This document shows positions 28,798 to 39,715 of a stretch of 64,000 nucleotides of DNA, in pieces. Location of the stretch: positions 416,001 through 480,000 of the forward strand of contig CAXXGI010000001.1 of the NCBI GenBank assembly GCA_963674695.2, given 5' to 3'. Within the stretch, counting starts at the first letter, position 1. Each line of letters begins with the position of its first letter. The notes under the pieces were generated by a model. It was not told where the DNA came from. It searched no databases and saw nothing but the letters and a program-made list of their open reading frames with translations. The translations under genes and the position numbers were made by a program. This DNA comes from a bacterium. Its GTDB lineage: Bacteria > UBA10199 > 2-02-FULL-44-16 > JAAZCA01.

Positions 28798-30750
28798 TCA
28801 GTATTTCACCGCAAAATCGAAGCTCGCCTTGGTGAATCCCAGATAGCGATCCTCGACCTCCTTCATACGCACGAGCTTTGATCCCTCGCCCGCAGTGAAA
28901 TCGTCGATCAGCGTCTTGGCTGAAGCCGCATCGCCGGAGGCCATGACCTGCCCCGTCTTCCGCATCAGCCCCTCGATCGACGCGGGGAGCTTGTCGTAGT
29001 TGATCTGAAAACGCCCGAGGACGCCGTCGTTCTGGGGATCGACGTTGGGCACCCACGTCAGCGCCCCGTCGCGGACGAACGTCCCGATCTGGATCGCCGC
29101 CAGTTGACTATAGGCCTTGGGATTGCCCGTGGCGGTGAACATGCCGCGCGAGATGTGGTTGAAACACCAATCGATGGCGGCCGTGTAGATCTCGTTGGCG
29201 CGCTTCTGATCGAAGTACCCCTTGCCGCGCAGGTAGTCGATGAACCAGATGCCACCGGTCTGGGCCTTCAGCTCCTCGAGCACCATGGCATTGCGTCCGC
29301 CGAAGATCTCCTCGGGCGTCTTGCCGTCCACCTTGAACGCCGAGTGCGGCCCGAAGTTGTGCGTCGCCTCGTGCAGAATGGTCGTGATCAGCCCCGCCTC
29401 GTTGTCCTCGGGATAGAGCTTCATCGCACTCGCATCGAGCATCGAGGAGGCCTTGGCGCGCATGATCCGCTTGGAATCCGGATCGGTGTAGAAGTTGGTC
29501 ATCGCCATCGTGCGACGACGGTTTTCCTCAGCCACCTTCCCCCAGTTGGGCAACGACTGTCCGATCATCGCGCCGAGGTTTGAGCGCGCATCGCCGGAAT
29601 ACATCACCACGCGGACGAAGTCCGGGAAGGTGAAGGAGACATCGCGCGCGTCATAGGCCGGCCCGATCAGGTCGGCAAACCCCTGTTCCATGTCCTTCTT
29701 GAGGGGCTCGAGCCGCCCCTGCCACTTGAGCGAACTCTGATCGTTGATGCCGAAATCGAGTTCGAAACCCGCCTTGAGCTGACAGGGATCGAAGTAGGTC
29801 TCATCGGGCGCTACGCGCAGGAACCACTTGCTGTTGCTGCTATTCATCGCGGCCCAGGCCTCGTCCGGCTCGCTCCAGTCGTTGTTCTCAAATCCCTTGG
29901 CCGCCGCGAGCAGATAGCGCTTGAAGGCCTCCTCCTTCTCGTCGAGCGTGGCCGCCGCCGCGCGCAATTCCGTGGCCACCGCGCGCATCCGATCGCCGTA
30001 GACCTCGGTGAGCGGCAGCGCGATCAGCTTCCCTCCGCGCTCGCGCACGACGGTAAAGGGATCCATCAGCTCCTTGGCGTTGGACTGTTCGGAAAGCCGC
30101 TTGCACATCGCCTCGTCCTGCTTCATCCCCTCGGGATAGGCATCCGAGATCTTCTCGGGAAAGCTGGCCACCGCATTGCAAAAGGGATTGGACTGCGTCT
30201 TGGGCGCCGCACACCAGGGCTCCTGGTTGCGATGGTAGAGCGCCCGGCTCATCGTGTCGCTCTCCGGAATTTGCTGGAGATATTTATAGGCACCCTTCTG
30301 GACCTGATAGAGTTCGTCGATGAGCTTTCCCGCCGCCATGAGGTGACCCACGAGCGTGCGCTCATTCTCGGGGCTATCGGTAAAATCGGTCCGGATGAGG
30401 GTCAGCCGCCCCTGGTCGAGTTCCTTGGCCACCGCATCGAGGCGCGCGGTCGCCACCATTTCAAGATAGGCCTGTTCAAACGCCTCGGTGAATTTTCCCT
30501 TCTGGACATACTTCGCGATGTCGATGCCATCGCGGCTCGAGCCGAGCTCATTCGGATCGACCAACCCATTCTCGTTGGTGTCCTCCATCCAATAGAAGGG
30601 AAGGTTGCGCAACACGACGATGCGGTTGAAATCGGTACGATCGAGCTTGGGCACGCCGAACTGCGTGGCCGACGGTTTGGGTTTGAACATCTTGCACCCC
30701 ATACAGGCGGCGGTGAGCATGAGCAGAACGACGATTCCTTTTCGCATCAT
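28798..30750 (-). CDS. Dipeptidyl-peptidase III-like (M49) zinc metallopeptidase, probable lipoprotein
   Basis: GQSLPN, ILHEATHNFGP, LEELKA; lipobox-like CMGC. Confidence 0.75.
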   Translation of the reverse strand: MMRKGIVVLLMLTAACMGCKMFKPKPSATQFGVPKLDRTDFNRIVVLRNLPFYWMEDTNENGLVDPNELGSSRDGIDIAKYVQKGKFTEAFEQAYLEMVATARLDAVAKELDQGRLTLIRTDFTDSPENERTLVGHLMAAGKLIDELYQVQKGAYKYLQQIPESDTMSRALYHRNQEPWCAAPKTQSNPFCNAVASFPEKISDAYPEGMKQDEAMCKRLSEQSNAKELMDPFTVVRERGGKLIALPLTEVYGDRMRAVATELRAAAATLDEKEEAFKRYLLAAAKGFENNDWSEPDEAWAAMNSSNSKWFLRVAPDETYFDPCQLKAGFELDFGINDQSSLKWQGRLEPLKKDMEQGFADLIGPAYDARDVSFTFPDFVRVVMYSGDARSNLGAMIGQSLPNWGKVAEENRRRTMAMTNFYTDPDSKRIMRAKASSMLDASAMKLYPEDNEAGLITTILHEATHNFGPHSAFKVDGKTPEEIFGGRNAMVLEELKAQTGGIWFIDYLRGKGYFDQKRANEIYTAAIDWCFNHISRGMFTATGNPKAYSQLAAIQIGTFVRDGALTWVPNVDPQNDGVLGRFQINYDKLPASIEGLMRKTGQVMASGDAASAKTLIDDFTAGEGSKLVRMKEVEDRYLGFTKASFDFAVKY

Positions 30751-30843
30751 AAAGCCTCCTTGAATGCATGTGGGCGGATCTTTCCCCGGACGCGCGCGAT
30801 TGTCAAATGACATACGAGGCTGGAGTACGCTATAAGGGGGGAA

Positions 30844-32187
30844 ATGAAACGAATCCTCACCGTTATCGCGCTGATCCTGCTTTTCACCCAGACCGCGCAG
30901 GCCCACCCCTTCAGCACGCGTCTGTGGGGGCACCGTCTGGATGCCACCGCCACCGGCCGGGCGATCGCCATCGACTATACCATCGAGGTTCCGGTCACGA
31001 AGCTCGTGCTGATGATGAACCGCTTCAAATCGATGCACACACTCGAACGCATCGGACCGGAGGAGGAGAGACAGTTCAACGAGGAGATGGTCGATCACCT
31101 CACGAAGGGGATCAGCGTTGCCATCGATGGAAACCCCGTCGCCACCGCCTGGAATCCGAACTACGCGCGAACGTATGATAACGGCGAACCGGGGTTTTAC
31201 GAATACCATCTCCACCTGATCGCCCCCCTTCCCGAAGGGAATGAGCCGCATCGGATCGCCATCACCAACGACAACTTCCGGATGCAGCGAGCGGTCTTTC
31301 GCAACCAGGCCCAGGGGCGCGACGGCGTGGAGACGACGGCCATCAGCAAACCGACGGAAACGGAGTGGTCGGAGATGGACGAGCACCGCACGCTGACATT
31401 CAGCGTCGCTCCGGGCCAGGGGCAGACGTCACCGGCGCATACGACGGAGGCAGACACAGAGGGGGTATCCGCCGACTCGACGCTCGTGGACTATCTCAAA
31501 ACGCGCGAAATCACCGCGCGCGTGTTCGCCCTGGCGCTGATCGCCGCGCTCCTGCTGGGCGCGCTGCACGCCCTCTCGCCGGGACACGGCAAGGCGCTGG
31601 TGGCCGCCTATCTCGTGGGGAGCCACGGCACCGTGGGACACGCCATGCTCTTGGGCCTCATCGTCACGCTCACCCACGTAGCGAGCGTCATCGTCCTGGG
31701 GCTCGTGGGGCTTTTCGCCGCGCAGTATATCGTTCCGGAATACTATACGCCCTTCGTCTCGCTCTTCTCCGGCGCCCTCATCGTCGGCATCGGCCTCTAT
31801 CTCTTCGTGCGCCGCCTCATTCCGCGCCGGCATCATCACCATCATCATCAGGAATCGTCCGCGCCCACCCTCCGCCAGCTCCTCGTCCTGGGCATCTCCG
31901 GCGGCATCGTCCCCTGCCCCACCGCGACGGTCGTCATGCTCACGGCGATTGCCATCGGACGCATCGGCTTCGGGCTGGCGCTGATCGCCGTCTTCTCGGT
32001 GGGGCTCGCCCTCGTCCTCATCGCCATAGGCATCCTCACCGTTCGGGCGCGCCCGTTCATCGACCGCCTCCCGAAGGGGGAACTCCTCACCCGCTGGCTG
32101 CCGCTGGCCAGCGCCATCATCGTCACGCTCCTCGGAGGCGCGATCATCTATCAGGGGTTCTGGCGGGAATGGACCCTTCTCCACTGA
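30844..32187 (+). CDS. RcnA/HoxN-type nickel/cobalt transporter with exported N-terminal domain
   Basis: AQAHP signal, HALSPGHGK, HHHHHH loop, GGIVPCP. Confidence 0.9.
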   Translation: MKRILTVIALILLFTQTAQAHPFSTRLWGHRLDATATGRAIAIDYTIEVPVTKLVLMMNRFKSMHTLERIGPEEERQFNEEMVDHLTKGISVAIDGNPVATAWNPNYARTYDNGEPGFYEYHLHLIAPLPEGNEPHRIAITNDNFRMQRAVFRNQAQGRDGVETTAISKPTETEWSEMDEHRTLTFSVAPGQGQTSPAHTTEADTEGVSADSTLVDYLKTREITARVFALALIAALLLGALHALSPGHGKALVAAYLVGSHGTVGHAMLLGLIVTLTHVASVIVLGLVGLFAAQYIVPEYYTPFVSLFSGALIVGIGLYLFVRRLIPRRHHHHHHQESSAPTLRQLLVLGISGGIVPCPTATVVMLTAIAIGRIGFGLALIAVFSVGLALVLIAIGILTVRARPFIDRLPKGELLTRWLPLASAIIVTLLGGAIIYQGFWREWTLLH

Positions 32188-32289
32188 AGGAATGACAATT
32201 TTACTCAGCATTTCAAATGCTTTGACGAACGCGCCCCTCCTGTGCCATCGATATTATGCGACTCTTTGTATCGGGAGAGAAGACCACCC

Positions 32290-34068
32290 ATGTCCAGCGA
32301 ACTCGTCACCGACCTGACCAGGATCCTCGAACCGCACGCCAAGCGGCTTGAGCACGTCCATGGGCAGATGGTCGATTCCGACGAACCGTTCGACCTCACC
32401 CCCTTCGCCACGGCCCTTGCCCATTCACAGGACGAACACGACGAGAACCTGTGCGCGATGTGGATTGCGGGAATAGTCGATTCGATCGCACTGACGGAAC
32501 GGTACTACGCCTTCCTCGAAGGGCGCGCGGGAAGGATCGACGAACAATCCTCACGACCTCCAGATGAGGAGAGGCGGCGACGGCACGCCGGCCACCTCAT
32601 CGGTATGCTGCGCAAACCCAAGATCGACGACGGCATCCAGCGGGATCTGATGCGCACCGTTCTGGCCATCAACACGCGGCAGGGATATCTCTCCACGCTC
32701 TTGACGCTGATCATGGCCATCCGCGAGGAGGCCACGCGCATCAGTTCGCACGCGGTCGATCCCGCCGTCGATCTGTCCCGCTCACACATTGCGTTCATGC
32801 GACTCTTTCCGCCGCTCACGGCCTTTGTCGAACACCCGCTCTACGAAGAGACCTGGAAGAGCCTGCCCAACCTCTACGAACTCGATCGCCTCTCCCACAT
32901 CGTGCGCGATCTCCCGGTGCATCGTCCCCAAGATGATCGAAAGATGCGCGCACAGGTACAGCGCGCGGCACAGATCATCACCGCCGCCATCGACCGGCGA
33001 TGGATTCCGCTCATTCAAGAGACCGTACAGACGGGATCACATCAAGCGATCGTCCTCAAGACCACGAAGGGAACGATCCCCTCTCAGGGGGTAGAAGGCC
33101 AGAAGACCGCGCATGATCTCTTGGGCGATCCCGCCAGCGCGTGGCGCACACGTCCCCCTCTGCACGCCGAAGAACCTCCTCCGCTGCCAGCGGAATTCGA
33201 CGCCGCAGATGAATCCCCGTCGACACCGCCGCCCGACACGAGCGACGACATGGACGAGATCGATGTCGAATTGCCCCCGGATGAAGGGATCGAGATCGAG
33301 ATCGAGATCGATCTGGGTGAGGGTATGGAGGAAACGGCCCCTCCCCAGAGCACCGTTACCGAGGCCAGCCCCCCCGCGCACCCCGCGGAGATGCTGCGCG
33401 CGTTTCTCAACGCGATCGGAAAACCCATCGATGAGAACGCCGCCAATGAACTCGCCCTGCAAGGGCTGCGCACCGCCCTCATGATCGATGATCCCAGCCG
33501 GCACCTGGAGATGACGGCCCTCATGTCGCGTGCGGCGCTGGGCGTATATCTGCGGCGGAACCCCTCGAGAACGGCCGCACAGGAACGCGCGCTCAAGGCG
33601 CTCAAGAACAACCTCGCCTCGATCCAGATGCATCTGCAGTTCGAACAGTTCGAAAGACCGAGCCAGCGCGCGAGCAATCGCCGATCCTTCTCCACCCTCT
33701 TCGTCGGTACGAACGCCGATCGGAACGGATTCGCGCAGGCACACACCTTCGTCGACCAGCATCTCACCGATCGTTTCCCGGATGCCTTTGCGCTCACCCC
33801 CGACCTTCAGGGCCGTTCGCTCAATCGTATTGCGACGGCGACTCTCGACTTCTTCGAATACGGCCTGGGGCTCGCTATCGGGGAAAACGGTGAACTCAAC
33901 GACGAAAACATCGCCGCGGTGCACGAAACCCTTCATGCGCTCGACGGCCCCGCACTCCCCGATAACGACCTCCAGGAGGTGACCGCCACCTGGGATATGG
34001 CCCTGGGCGTGATCGACGCGCTGGCCATCCCCGCGCCGATCGCCCCCACCACGACCGGCATGCTGTGA
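32290..34068 (+). CDS. Hypothetical protein with central acidic/Pro-rich linker
   Basis: Long ORF with genome-like codon usage; no family recognised. Confidence 0.7.
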   Translation: MSSELVTDLTRILEPHAKRLEHVHGQMVDSDEPFDLTPFATALAHSQDEHDENLCAMWIAGIVDSIALTERYYAFLEGRAGRIDEQSSRPPDEERRRRHAGHLIGMLRKPKIDDGIQRDLMRTVLAINTRQGYLSTLLTLIMAIREEATRISSHAVDPAVDLSRSHIAFMRLFPPLTAFVEHPLYEETWKSLPNLYELDRLSHIVRDLPVHRPQDDRKMRAQVQRAAQIITAAIDRRWIPLIQETVQTGSHQAIVLKTTKGTIPSQGVEGQKTAHDLLGDPASAWRTRPPLHAEEPPPLPAEFDAADESPSTPPPDTSDDMDEIDVELPPDEGIEIEIEIDLGEGMEETAPPQSTVTEASPPAHPAEMLRAFLNAIGKPIDENAANELALQGLRTALMIDDPSRHLEMTALMSRAALGVYLRRNPSRTAAQERALKALKNNLASIQMHLQFEQFERPSQRASNRRSFSTLFVGTNADRNGFAQAHTFVDQHLTDRFPDAFALTPDLQGRSLNRIATATLDFFEYGLGLAIGENGELNDENIAAVHETLHALDGPALPDNDLQEVTATWDMALGVIDALAIPAPIAPTTTGML

Positions 34069-34083
34069 TGAGGAGAACTACCC

Positions 34084-35964
34084 ATGCGCCCAACCGCCCT
34101 TGAGGCCTTTCGCGCGCTGCTGATTGCATCCGGCCTGCACCTGCCGAATGAAGCGCAGCACATCACCTTTCAAAGCCGCGTGGGCCAGGCCTGCCTTGCC
34201 GCCCTCCTCCCCGATGGCCTCCCGGACCGCACGGTGGGAGACGATGGCGACATCGACGATGAGGCATTCAACGCCGAACTCGCGCAGCGTTTTTCGCGAC
34301 TGACGATGCAGTTTGCCTGGGAGCCACCGCTCGCGGCATCGACGCGCCGCTTCGGCAGCATCGAACAACTCACCGGAGCGATTGCGGGCGTCCCCGAGAA
34401 TGCACCGTCGCCCCCTGGCACCGAAGCACTGCCCGCCGAGGTCGTCATCACGAACCAGAACCTGGGCGGCGATGAGACGACGCTTCCCACCTCGATCAAA
34501 CAGGCCGCCAACCGATTCTTGAATGCCGCGCTCCGCTCGGGATCATCCTCAGCCACGCAGGCGGCTCGATGTGTCCTTGCCCTCCACCGCTTCGATGACG
34601 CCGGTTGGCACCTTCCACTGCCCGCGCTCCTGCCGTCGCTGCATGCACTCGTCGACTGGGGCTATGAGAATCAACGCAACCCTCTGGTGATCGGCGTGGC
34701 CGACGCCATCGATGCGGTCATTCGCGAGGATGAACGCGTCGTCGCCATCCTCGATGAGATCGATGACCGCGTATCCGCCGAGGAGGAAAGAGCCAATGCC
34801 GCCCGTGCGCAGGCCCAGATTGCGAACACCGCCGCGAAGCAGTCTTCTCCCGACCGCCCGAAGCGAGGTCGCCCGCGGAAGAAGAAAACGCCGTCAGCGG
34901 AAAAGACAGCGCCGCTTCAGGATGATACCGCTCGGGCCAACGAACGCGCGCAGTTCCTCTTCGGACGACACCCCCTGACCCTGCACACGGCCCTCGCGCA
35001 CCTCGGCGCAGCCAATATCCTGCGCGATCTCACCTGGTGGATGGAGCGCAACTTTGCGCAAGTGGATGAGCCGACGGCCTTGAACCTGCTCGACACACTC
35101 GCGCGCGATCCACGTGCGCATGGCGTCGCCCACAATGATCTCGTCGTCGCCCTCGTCGGCTTTCTCTGGAACTCGGTCCCGGAGACAGATGCGGAGAAAC
35201 AGGCGAATCACCTCATGGAACAGTTGGGTTTTCCGCACATGAGCGCCACCAGGATCACGCGCCTCTTTCCGGAGACAACCCCCAGCTGGACACCACAGAC
35301 GGTGATGCACCGCCTGCAGAAAAGCGCCGCACCCCGGCCTCAGCCAAAGCCGACGCCCGCCGACGCAAACCAACGGCGCGATCCCGTGCCGCACACGATC
35401 ATGCCTCAGGACGCGCTCGATGAATACCGCGAGCGAGCGGAGGAGAAGAACCCCGTGGCAGGGGCGCTGATCCATCTAGCAAAGCCCTTCATCGTCGATG
35501 CTCCCTTCGATCCCAAAACACTCATCACGGGGGCAAATCACCGTTTCCTCCTCTTTATGGATGGACGCGTCGGCATCACGCTCATGCAGGCGGGCCCAAC
35601 GCTGGCGAGCCGCAAAGACCTCACCGCCCGCGGCATCTTTCGCCTCAGCCATCGCCACCAACTCGCGCTCCTCGACGGCCTGCCCAAAAATCTGGTTGAA
35701 GAACAGATCGTCCCCCTCTTCCAAACCTGGGGATATGAACCGACCATCCGCACGGGCATCGCGCGCGACCCCATCGTCGACGACGATGACGATGAAGGCG
35801 GATCGACGCCGCCGACCACTCCGGAAGACATCATGGGTTCGCCGCAGACCGGCGGCACCAATGGTGGGATGGATGCCATGTCTGCGTTTGACGTCGACGC
35901 GCTTGCATTCGAAACGACGGCGACCCCTCCGCCCATCCTTTCGGCGATAACGTTCCTGCGTTGA
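34084..35964 (+). CDS. Hypothetical protein with AT-hook-like KRGRPRK motif
   Basis: Long ORF after GAGGAG; no family recognised. Confidence 0.7.
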   Translation: MRPTALEAFRALLIASGLHLPNEAQHITFQSRVGQACLAALLPDGLPDRTVGDDGDIDDEAFNAELAQRFSRLTMQFAWEPPLAASTRRFGSIEQLTGAIAGVPENAPSPPGTEALPAEVVITNQNLGGDETTLPTSIKQAANRFLNAALRSGSSSATQAARCVLALHRFDDAGWHLPLPALLPSLHALVDWGYENQRNPLVIGVADAIDAVIREDERVVAILDEIDDRVSAEEERANAARAQAQIANTAAKQSSPDRPKRGRPRKKKTPSAEKTAPLQDDTARANERAQFLFGRHPLTLHTALAHLGAANILRDLTWWMERNFAQVDEPTALNLLDTLARDPRAHGVAHNDLVVALVGFLWNSVPETDAEKQANHLMEQLGFPHMSATRITRLFPETTPSWTPQTVMHRLQKSAAPRPQPKPTPADANQRRDPVPHTIMPQDALDEYRERAEEKNPVAGALIHLAKPFIVDAPFDPKTLITGANHRFLLFMDGRVGITLMQAGPTLASRKDLTARGIFRLSHRHQLALLDGLPKNLVEEQIVPLFQTWGYEPTIRTGIARDPIVDDDDDEGGSTPPTTPEDIMGSPQTGGTNGGMDAMSAFDVDALAFETTATPPPILSAITFLR

Positions 35965-35982
35965 TGAACCATCACAATAAAA

Positions 35983-36864
35983 TCAGAGGTGCTGTGTTTC
36001 CGGCGGGCGAGCTATGCTGCGGGTAAAGAGCGTGCGGGGAAAACCGGCGATCAATGCCGATTGCGCGAGATTCCCGTTGGGAATAGAGAGAAAGCGCCGT
36101 GCCCAGCGCGACTGCTGCACGAAGGGGGGCACCATGCCGATGATCGTCGTCCCCAGCCCCAATGCCTGTGCCGCCAGCATCGCATAGGTGGCAGCGATCA
36201 CGGGATCGTCGTGCGCGCTGATCTTGTCAGCTGGCGCGTGAAAGACCAAGAGCAGCGGAGCACTCCAGGTGAAGACGTCCTCCTCGGTCCGCTCGTAGTG
36301 GGCAAACATGCGGTCCATGACCGGCATGAAGTTCTGGATGGCACAAAAAACCTTCTTCCCCATGGAGAGCCGAAGGATTGGACGCATGAAGGGGCTTCGC
36401 ATCCCCCGGTGCAAACGGCGATAAAAAGCCACCATCGGGGGAAGGAGCCGAGCCACCTTCTCCTTTCCGTTTACGATACTCACGCCGCCGAGCTCAGCGG
36501 GAAAACCGAGGGGGGCTTGCGCCACCGCCTCGAGGATGCAATCGACCATTGCGCGTGGAACCGGTTCGTCGCGAAAAGCGCGCACCGAGCGACGCGTCTT
36601 CATCAGATCGAGCAGCGCCTCGATGCCGATCGTCTCCTTCGGGAGGGCATCGAACTGTGTCTCCGGCAGCCCCTCGACCGTCACGGCCCCGGTGGGGCAG
36701 ATGGCCATGCAATGACCGCAACAGATGCAACAATCCTCTGCTTCCGGCACGAAACGGACCTGTTCGTCCCGATATTCGATGAGTCGCATCGGACAGTCGA
36801 TGATGCATCGACCACAGGTGATACACTTTTGAGAATCGATCGAAAATTCCATGTCATCCCCCAT
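35983..36864 (-). CDS. Nitroreductase with N-terminal 2x[4Fe-4S] ferredoxin domain
   Basis: CITCGRCIIDCP, CICCGHCMAICP, RRSVRAF, LAAQALGLGT. Confidence 0.93.
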   Translation of the reverse strand: MGDDMEFSIDSQKCITCGRCIIDCPMRLIEYRDEQVRFVPEAEDCCICCGHCMAICPTGAVTVEGLPETQFDALPKETIGIEALLDLMKTRRSVRAFRDEPVPRAMVDCILEAVAQAPLGFPAELGGVSIVNGKEKVARLLPPMVAFYRRLHRGMRSPFMRPILRLSMGKKVFCAIQNFMPVMDRMFAHYERTEEDVFTWSAPLLLVFHAPADKISAHDDPVIAATYAMLAAQALGLGTTIIGMVPPFVQQSRWARRFLSIPNGNLAQSALIAGFPRTLFTRSIARPPETQHL

Positions 36865-37006
36865 CCGTATTCATACACGCGCACCAACCCCCGTGCAACA
36901 TTTCATCCCCTTGAATAATCGATGGTTTTCCCCTGAAGACAACGGTCTTCAGGAATCGAGCGACAGAGACAATTTTCACCCCCCGCACAGCCGATAACAC
37001 CAACAG

Positions 37007-39688
37007 ATGACGACGAATACCCCATATCAGAGATCCTGCACAAAGACGCTCATCATCCTTCTGATGATGGGGCTCATCTGTTCCTGCGGCAACGGAACCG
37101 GGGCATCGACAACGGCCGCGCTCATCGATGAGGACACGCCGATCATCGATAGCGACGAGGAGACACCGAGCGGTGGCCTCTTCGAGTTGCCCGCCGATGT
37201 TGAGACCGACACCGAGATAAATGCCGACGTGGAATCGGACGAAGAGGAGACGAACTGCGCCCGATTGGAATCGCAGGCCGTCCATCTCGCCGAGGATATC
37301 GTCGCCAAGCGCGAGCGCCTCTTCGGTGCCGAGGGCAAACGCGCCAAGCGCGATGCGACCTGTGCGGAGATGGCCTGCACCTCCGTCACCGTGCTCACCA
37401 CCAGGCGAGCGAAGATCGATGAACTGCGCCACAAACTCGAGATGTGTCGCAACGGCGATGCCGTGGCGGAGGAAGCGACCGACCGCAAGAGCCTGGGTGC
37501 CCTCGCCGCGCAGATTTCACGGGTGACCGAACGGACGACGCGGGCGCGCACGAATCGCGCGGAACAGGTGGAGCTGCTCGATGCCCAACGCGAGGACCTC
37601 TGTGCCTACGGCGAGGAGCGCGCCCTCTATTGTAGAATGGATGCCGATGGCGCCGGGGCCTGCCTCAAAGGGACCGATGCCGAACAGTGGCTCGACACCG
37701 CCACCCTCGTCGGCAAGCTGCTCACCAAGATCCCCTCAGCCGAACCGGATGGACCGACCGATGAGGGTATCGTTGCCATCCCCGAGGAGATGCCGAGCAT
37801 CGCCGCCATCGGCACGACGCAGATCGCGGCAGTGGAGAGAGCACCGGAACAAAGCGACGACGGCTCGGCATGCAATGGACTCGCCTCCCGCGTGGCCGCC
37901 CTCCAGGTGGAGCTCGATGCGATCGACGAACAGGAATCCATCCTCGCTGAGGATACGCGGCAGTGCCAACTCGCGCGCGACGAGGGATGTCGCACCGCTG
38001 TCCGCGCCGAGCAGACAATCCTCGATCGATGGATCGCCTACTACGATGGAGATCACGTGGCCACCACCGAGGCCGAACAGGACGGCGCCGTCGAAACCTG
38101 TCGCAACAAGCGGCGTGAGCTGGAAAAGGTCTTGGAGAAGCGGACGAAAGTTCTCGCCCTCTTCGAAGAGGGCAGCGCCTTCGATCGCGAATTGGAGGGA
38201 AGCATCGCCGCCTGCGAACAAGCCGATAAAGACTTCAAAGGATGGCGCGATGCAAACCTCGCCATCAAGGGCGAGCGCTACAACGATCAGAACGTCTTCG
38301 GCGGCGTCTATGAGGGCGCAACATTCGGCAAGACCGATGGTCGATTCACCTGCGCCGAACACAAGGTGCTCACCGGCATGTGGGTCAATCACGGCAAGGA
38401 GAAGACGATCGTCACCGCCATCGAATGTGCCCATTTCACGGTCGGCGACGGGATCTTCAAGAGCCGGTCGACCCATCGGATCTTCGGGACGGAGAAGAGC
38501 ACCATCGATGGAGACTACATCGGCTGTGCGGATGGTTTCGGCGTGTCGGCGATCCTGGGCGGTGCTCGGAAAAACAAACGTGGCGTCGGCGGCCTGGTGC
38601 TCGAATGCACGCAGTCGGGAAAATCAGGGCCCATCGTCCTCGTGCGCAAAGGCAATGATGAAGATACCCCTGTCCACCCCGTGCGCACCTACACGAAACC
38701 GGTGGGTAAGCTCAAGAAAAACGCCTGGGCAAAGATCAACAACGAAGAACAGGAAAAACAAAACACCTGCAACGGTCGCGCCTGCGCCCACTGGACGAGC
38801 AACCTCTTTCGCTCGAAGTGCTACAATGAAAGCAAACAGCGTTTCGGCTTCGCCGTCGGCATTCATGGTCGTATCGGTGAAGGCAACCGCTTCGAAGACA
38901 TCGGCCTGCGCTGTGAAGGCGTAATCAATGCGGAGAATGAGATATATGTGAAATCGATCGAAGGCATGCGAACGGGAGAGGCCAGAGTCCTCAATCCCGA
39001 CGAACTCCTCGACCACGTTATTTTAAAAACCCTCTGGTCAGCGGGACAGTCCGACGGGGGCGGGTGGTATCAGGACTCCGTCACCACCGACAACCTCGAT
39101 ACCAAGGGTGACGCAGGCCGCCGCCTGGTGATGACTGGCATCGCCGTCGTGCGACACTCCGTCGATGGCATCCATAAAGTGGGCACATCACGATTCACCA
39201 TCGGATACGCCCGTCCGATCTTCACCGCATTCGAAAATCTCTTTGCCGAGAAATCACACAAAAGCGATCCGATGGATCATGCCATCTCCGCGATCGAAGA
39301 GAAGTGGCGCATCGAGGATAATGCCGTGGAATACAGCTGCCCGGCGGGACACGTCGTGACCGGCATCAAGCGATACGTCAACCATCAGTCAAAGTGGGAC
39401 TACCGGTCGGGAATGCGCCAGCACGACTACCGGCCCTACAGCTATCAGCTCGAGTGCACGCCGCTGCATCTCACCGATAAAGGAAGCTGGGCGCTGCTCA
39501 CCTGGCGCACCACATGGACGAGCATGTACAACGCCGTACCCGGAAGCCATAAGAAGAAGGTCTTTCAGTGCGCACCGAACCAGGTCGCCGCCGGAATCAA
39601 CGGCTTCGTCGAGGGTTTCAGTGGAAAACCCTCCGATCGCGGCGTGGTCTCCGACATCGTGCTCGCCTGCGCCGATCTTGAGAATTAA
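37007..39688 (+). CDS. Large Cys-rich lipoprotein: coiled coil plus lectin-like beta repeats
   Basis: Lipobox ICSC; repeats FTCAEHKVLTG, IGCADGFGVSA, YSCPAGHVVTG, FQCAPNQVAAG. Confidence 0.7.
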   Translation: MTTNTPYQRSCTKTLIILLMMGLICSCGNGTGASTTAALIDEDTPIIDSDEETPSGGLFELPADVETDTEINADVESDEEETNCARLESQAVHLAEDIVAKRERLFGAEGKRAKRDATCAEMACTSVTVLTTRRAKIDELRHKLEMCRNGDAVAEEATDRKSLGALAAQISRVTERTTRARTNRAEQVELLDAQREDLCAYGEERALYCRMDADGAGACLKGTDAEQWLDTATLVGKLLTKIPSAEPDGPTDEGIVAIPEEMPSIAAIGTTQIAAVERAPEQSDDGSACNGLASRVAALQVELDAIDEQESILAEDTRQCQLARDEGCRTAVRAEQTILDRWIAYYDGDHVATTEAEQDGAVETCRNKRRELEKVLEKRTKVLALFEEGSAFDRELEGSIAACEQADKDFKGWRDANLAIKGERYNDQNVFGGVYEGATFGKTDGRFTCAEHKVLTGMWVNHGKEKTIVTAIECAHFTVGDGIFKSRSTHRIFGTEKSTIDGDYIGCADGFGVSAILGGARKNKRGVGGLVLECTQSGKSGPIVLVRKGNDEDTPVHPVRTYTKPVGKLKKNAWAKINNEEQEKQNTCNGRACAHWTSNLFRSKCYNESKQRFGFAVGIHGRIGEGNRFEDIGLRCEGVINAENEIYVKSIEGMRTGEARVLNPDELLDHVILKTLWSAGQSDGGGWYQDSVTTDNLDTKGDAGRRLVMTGIAVVRHSVDGIHKVGTSRFTIGYARPIFTAFENLFAEKSHKSDPMDHAISAIEEKWRIEDNAVEYSCPAGHVVTGIKRYVNHQSKWDYRSGMRQHDYRPYSYQLECTPLHLTDKGSWALLTWRTTWTSMYNAVPGSHKKKVFQCAPNQVAAGINGFVEGFSGKPSDRGVVSDIVLACADLEN

Positions 39689-39715
39689 TCACTCTTGAAA
39701 CCTGGTTTTTCGCCT

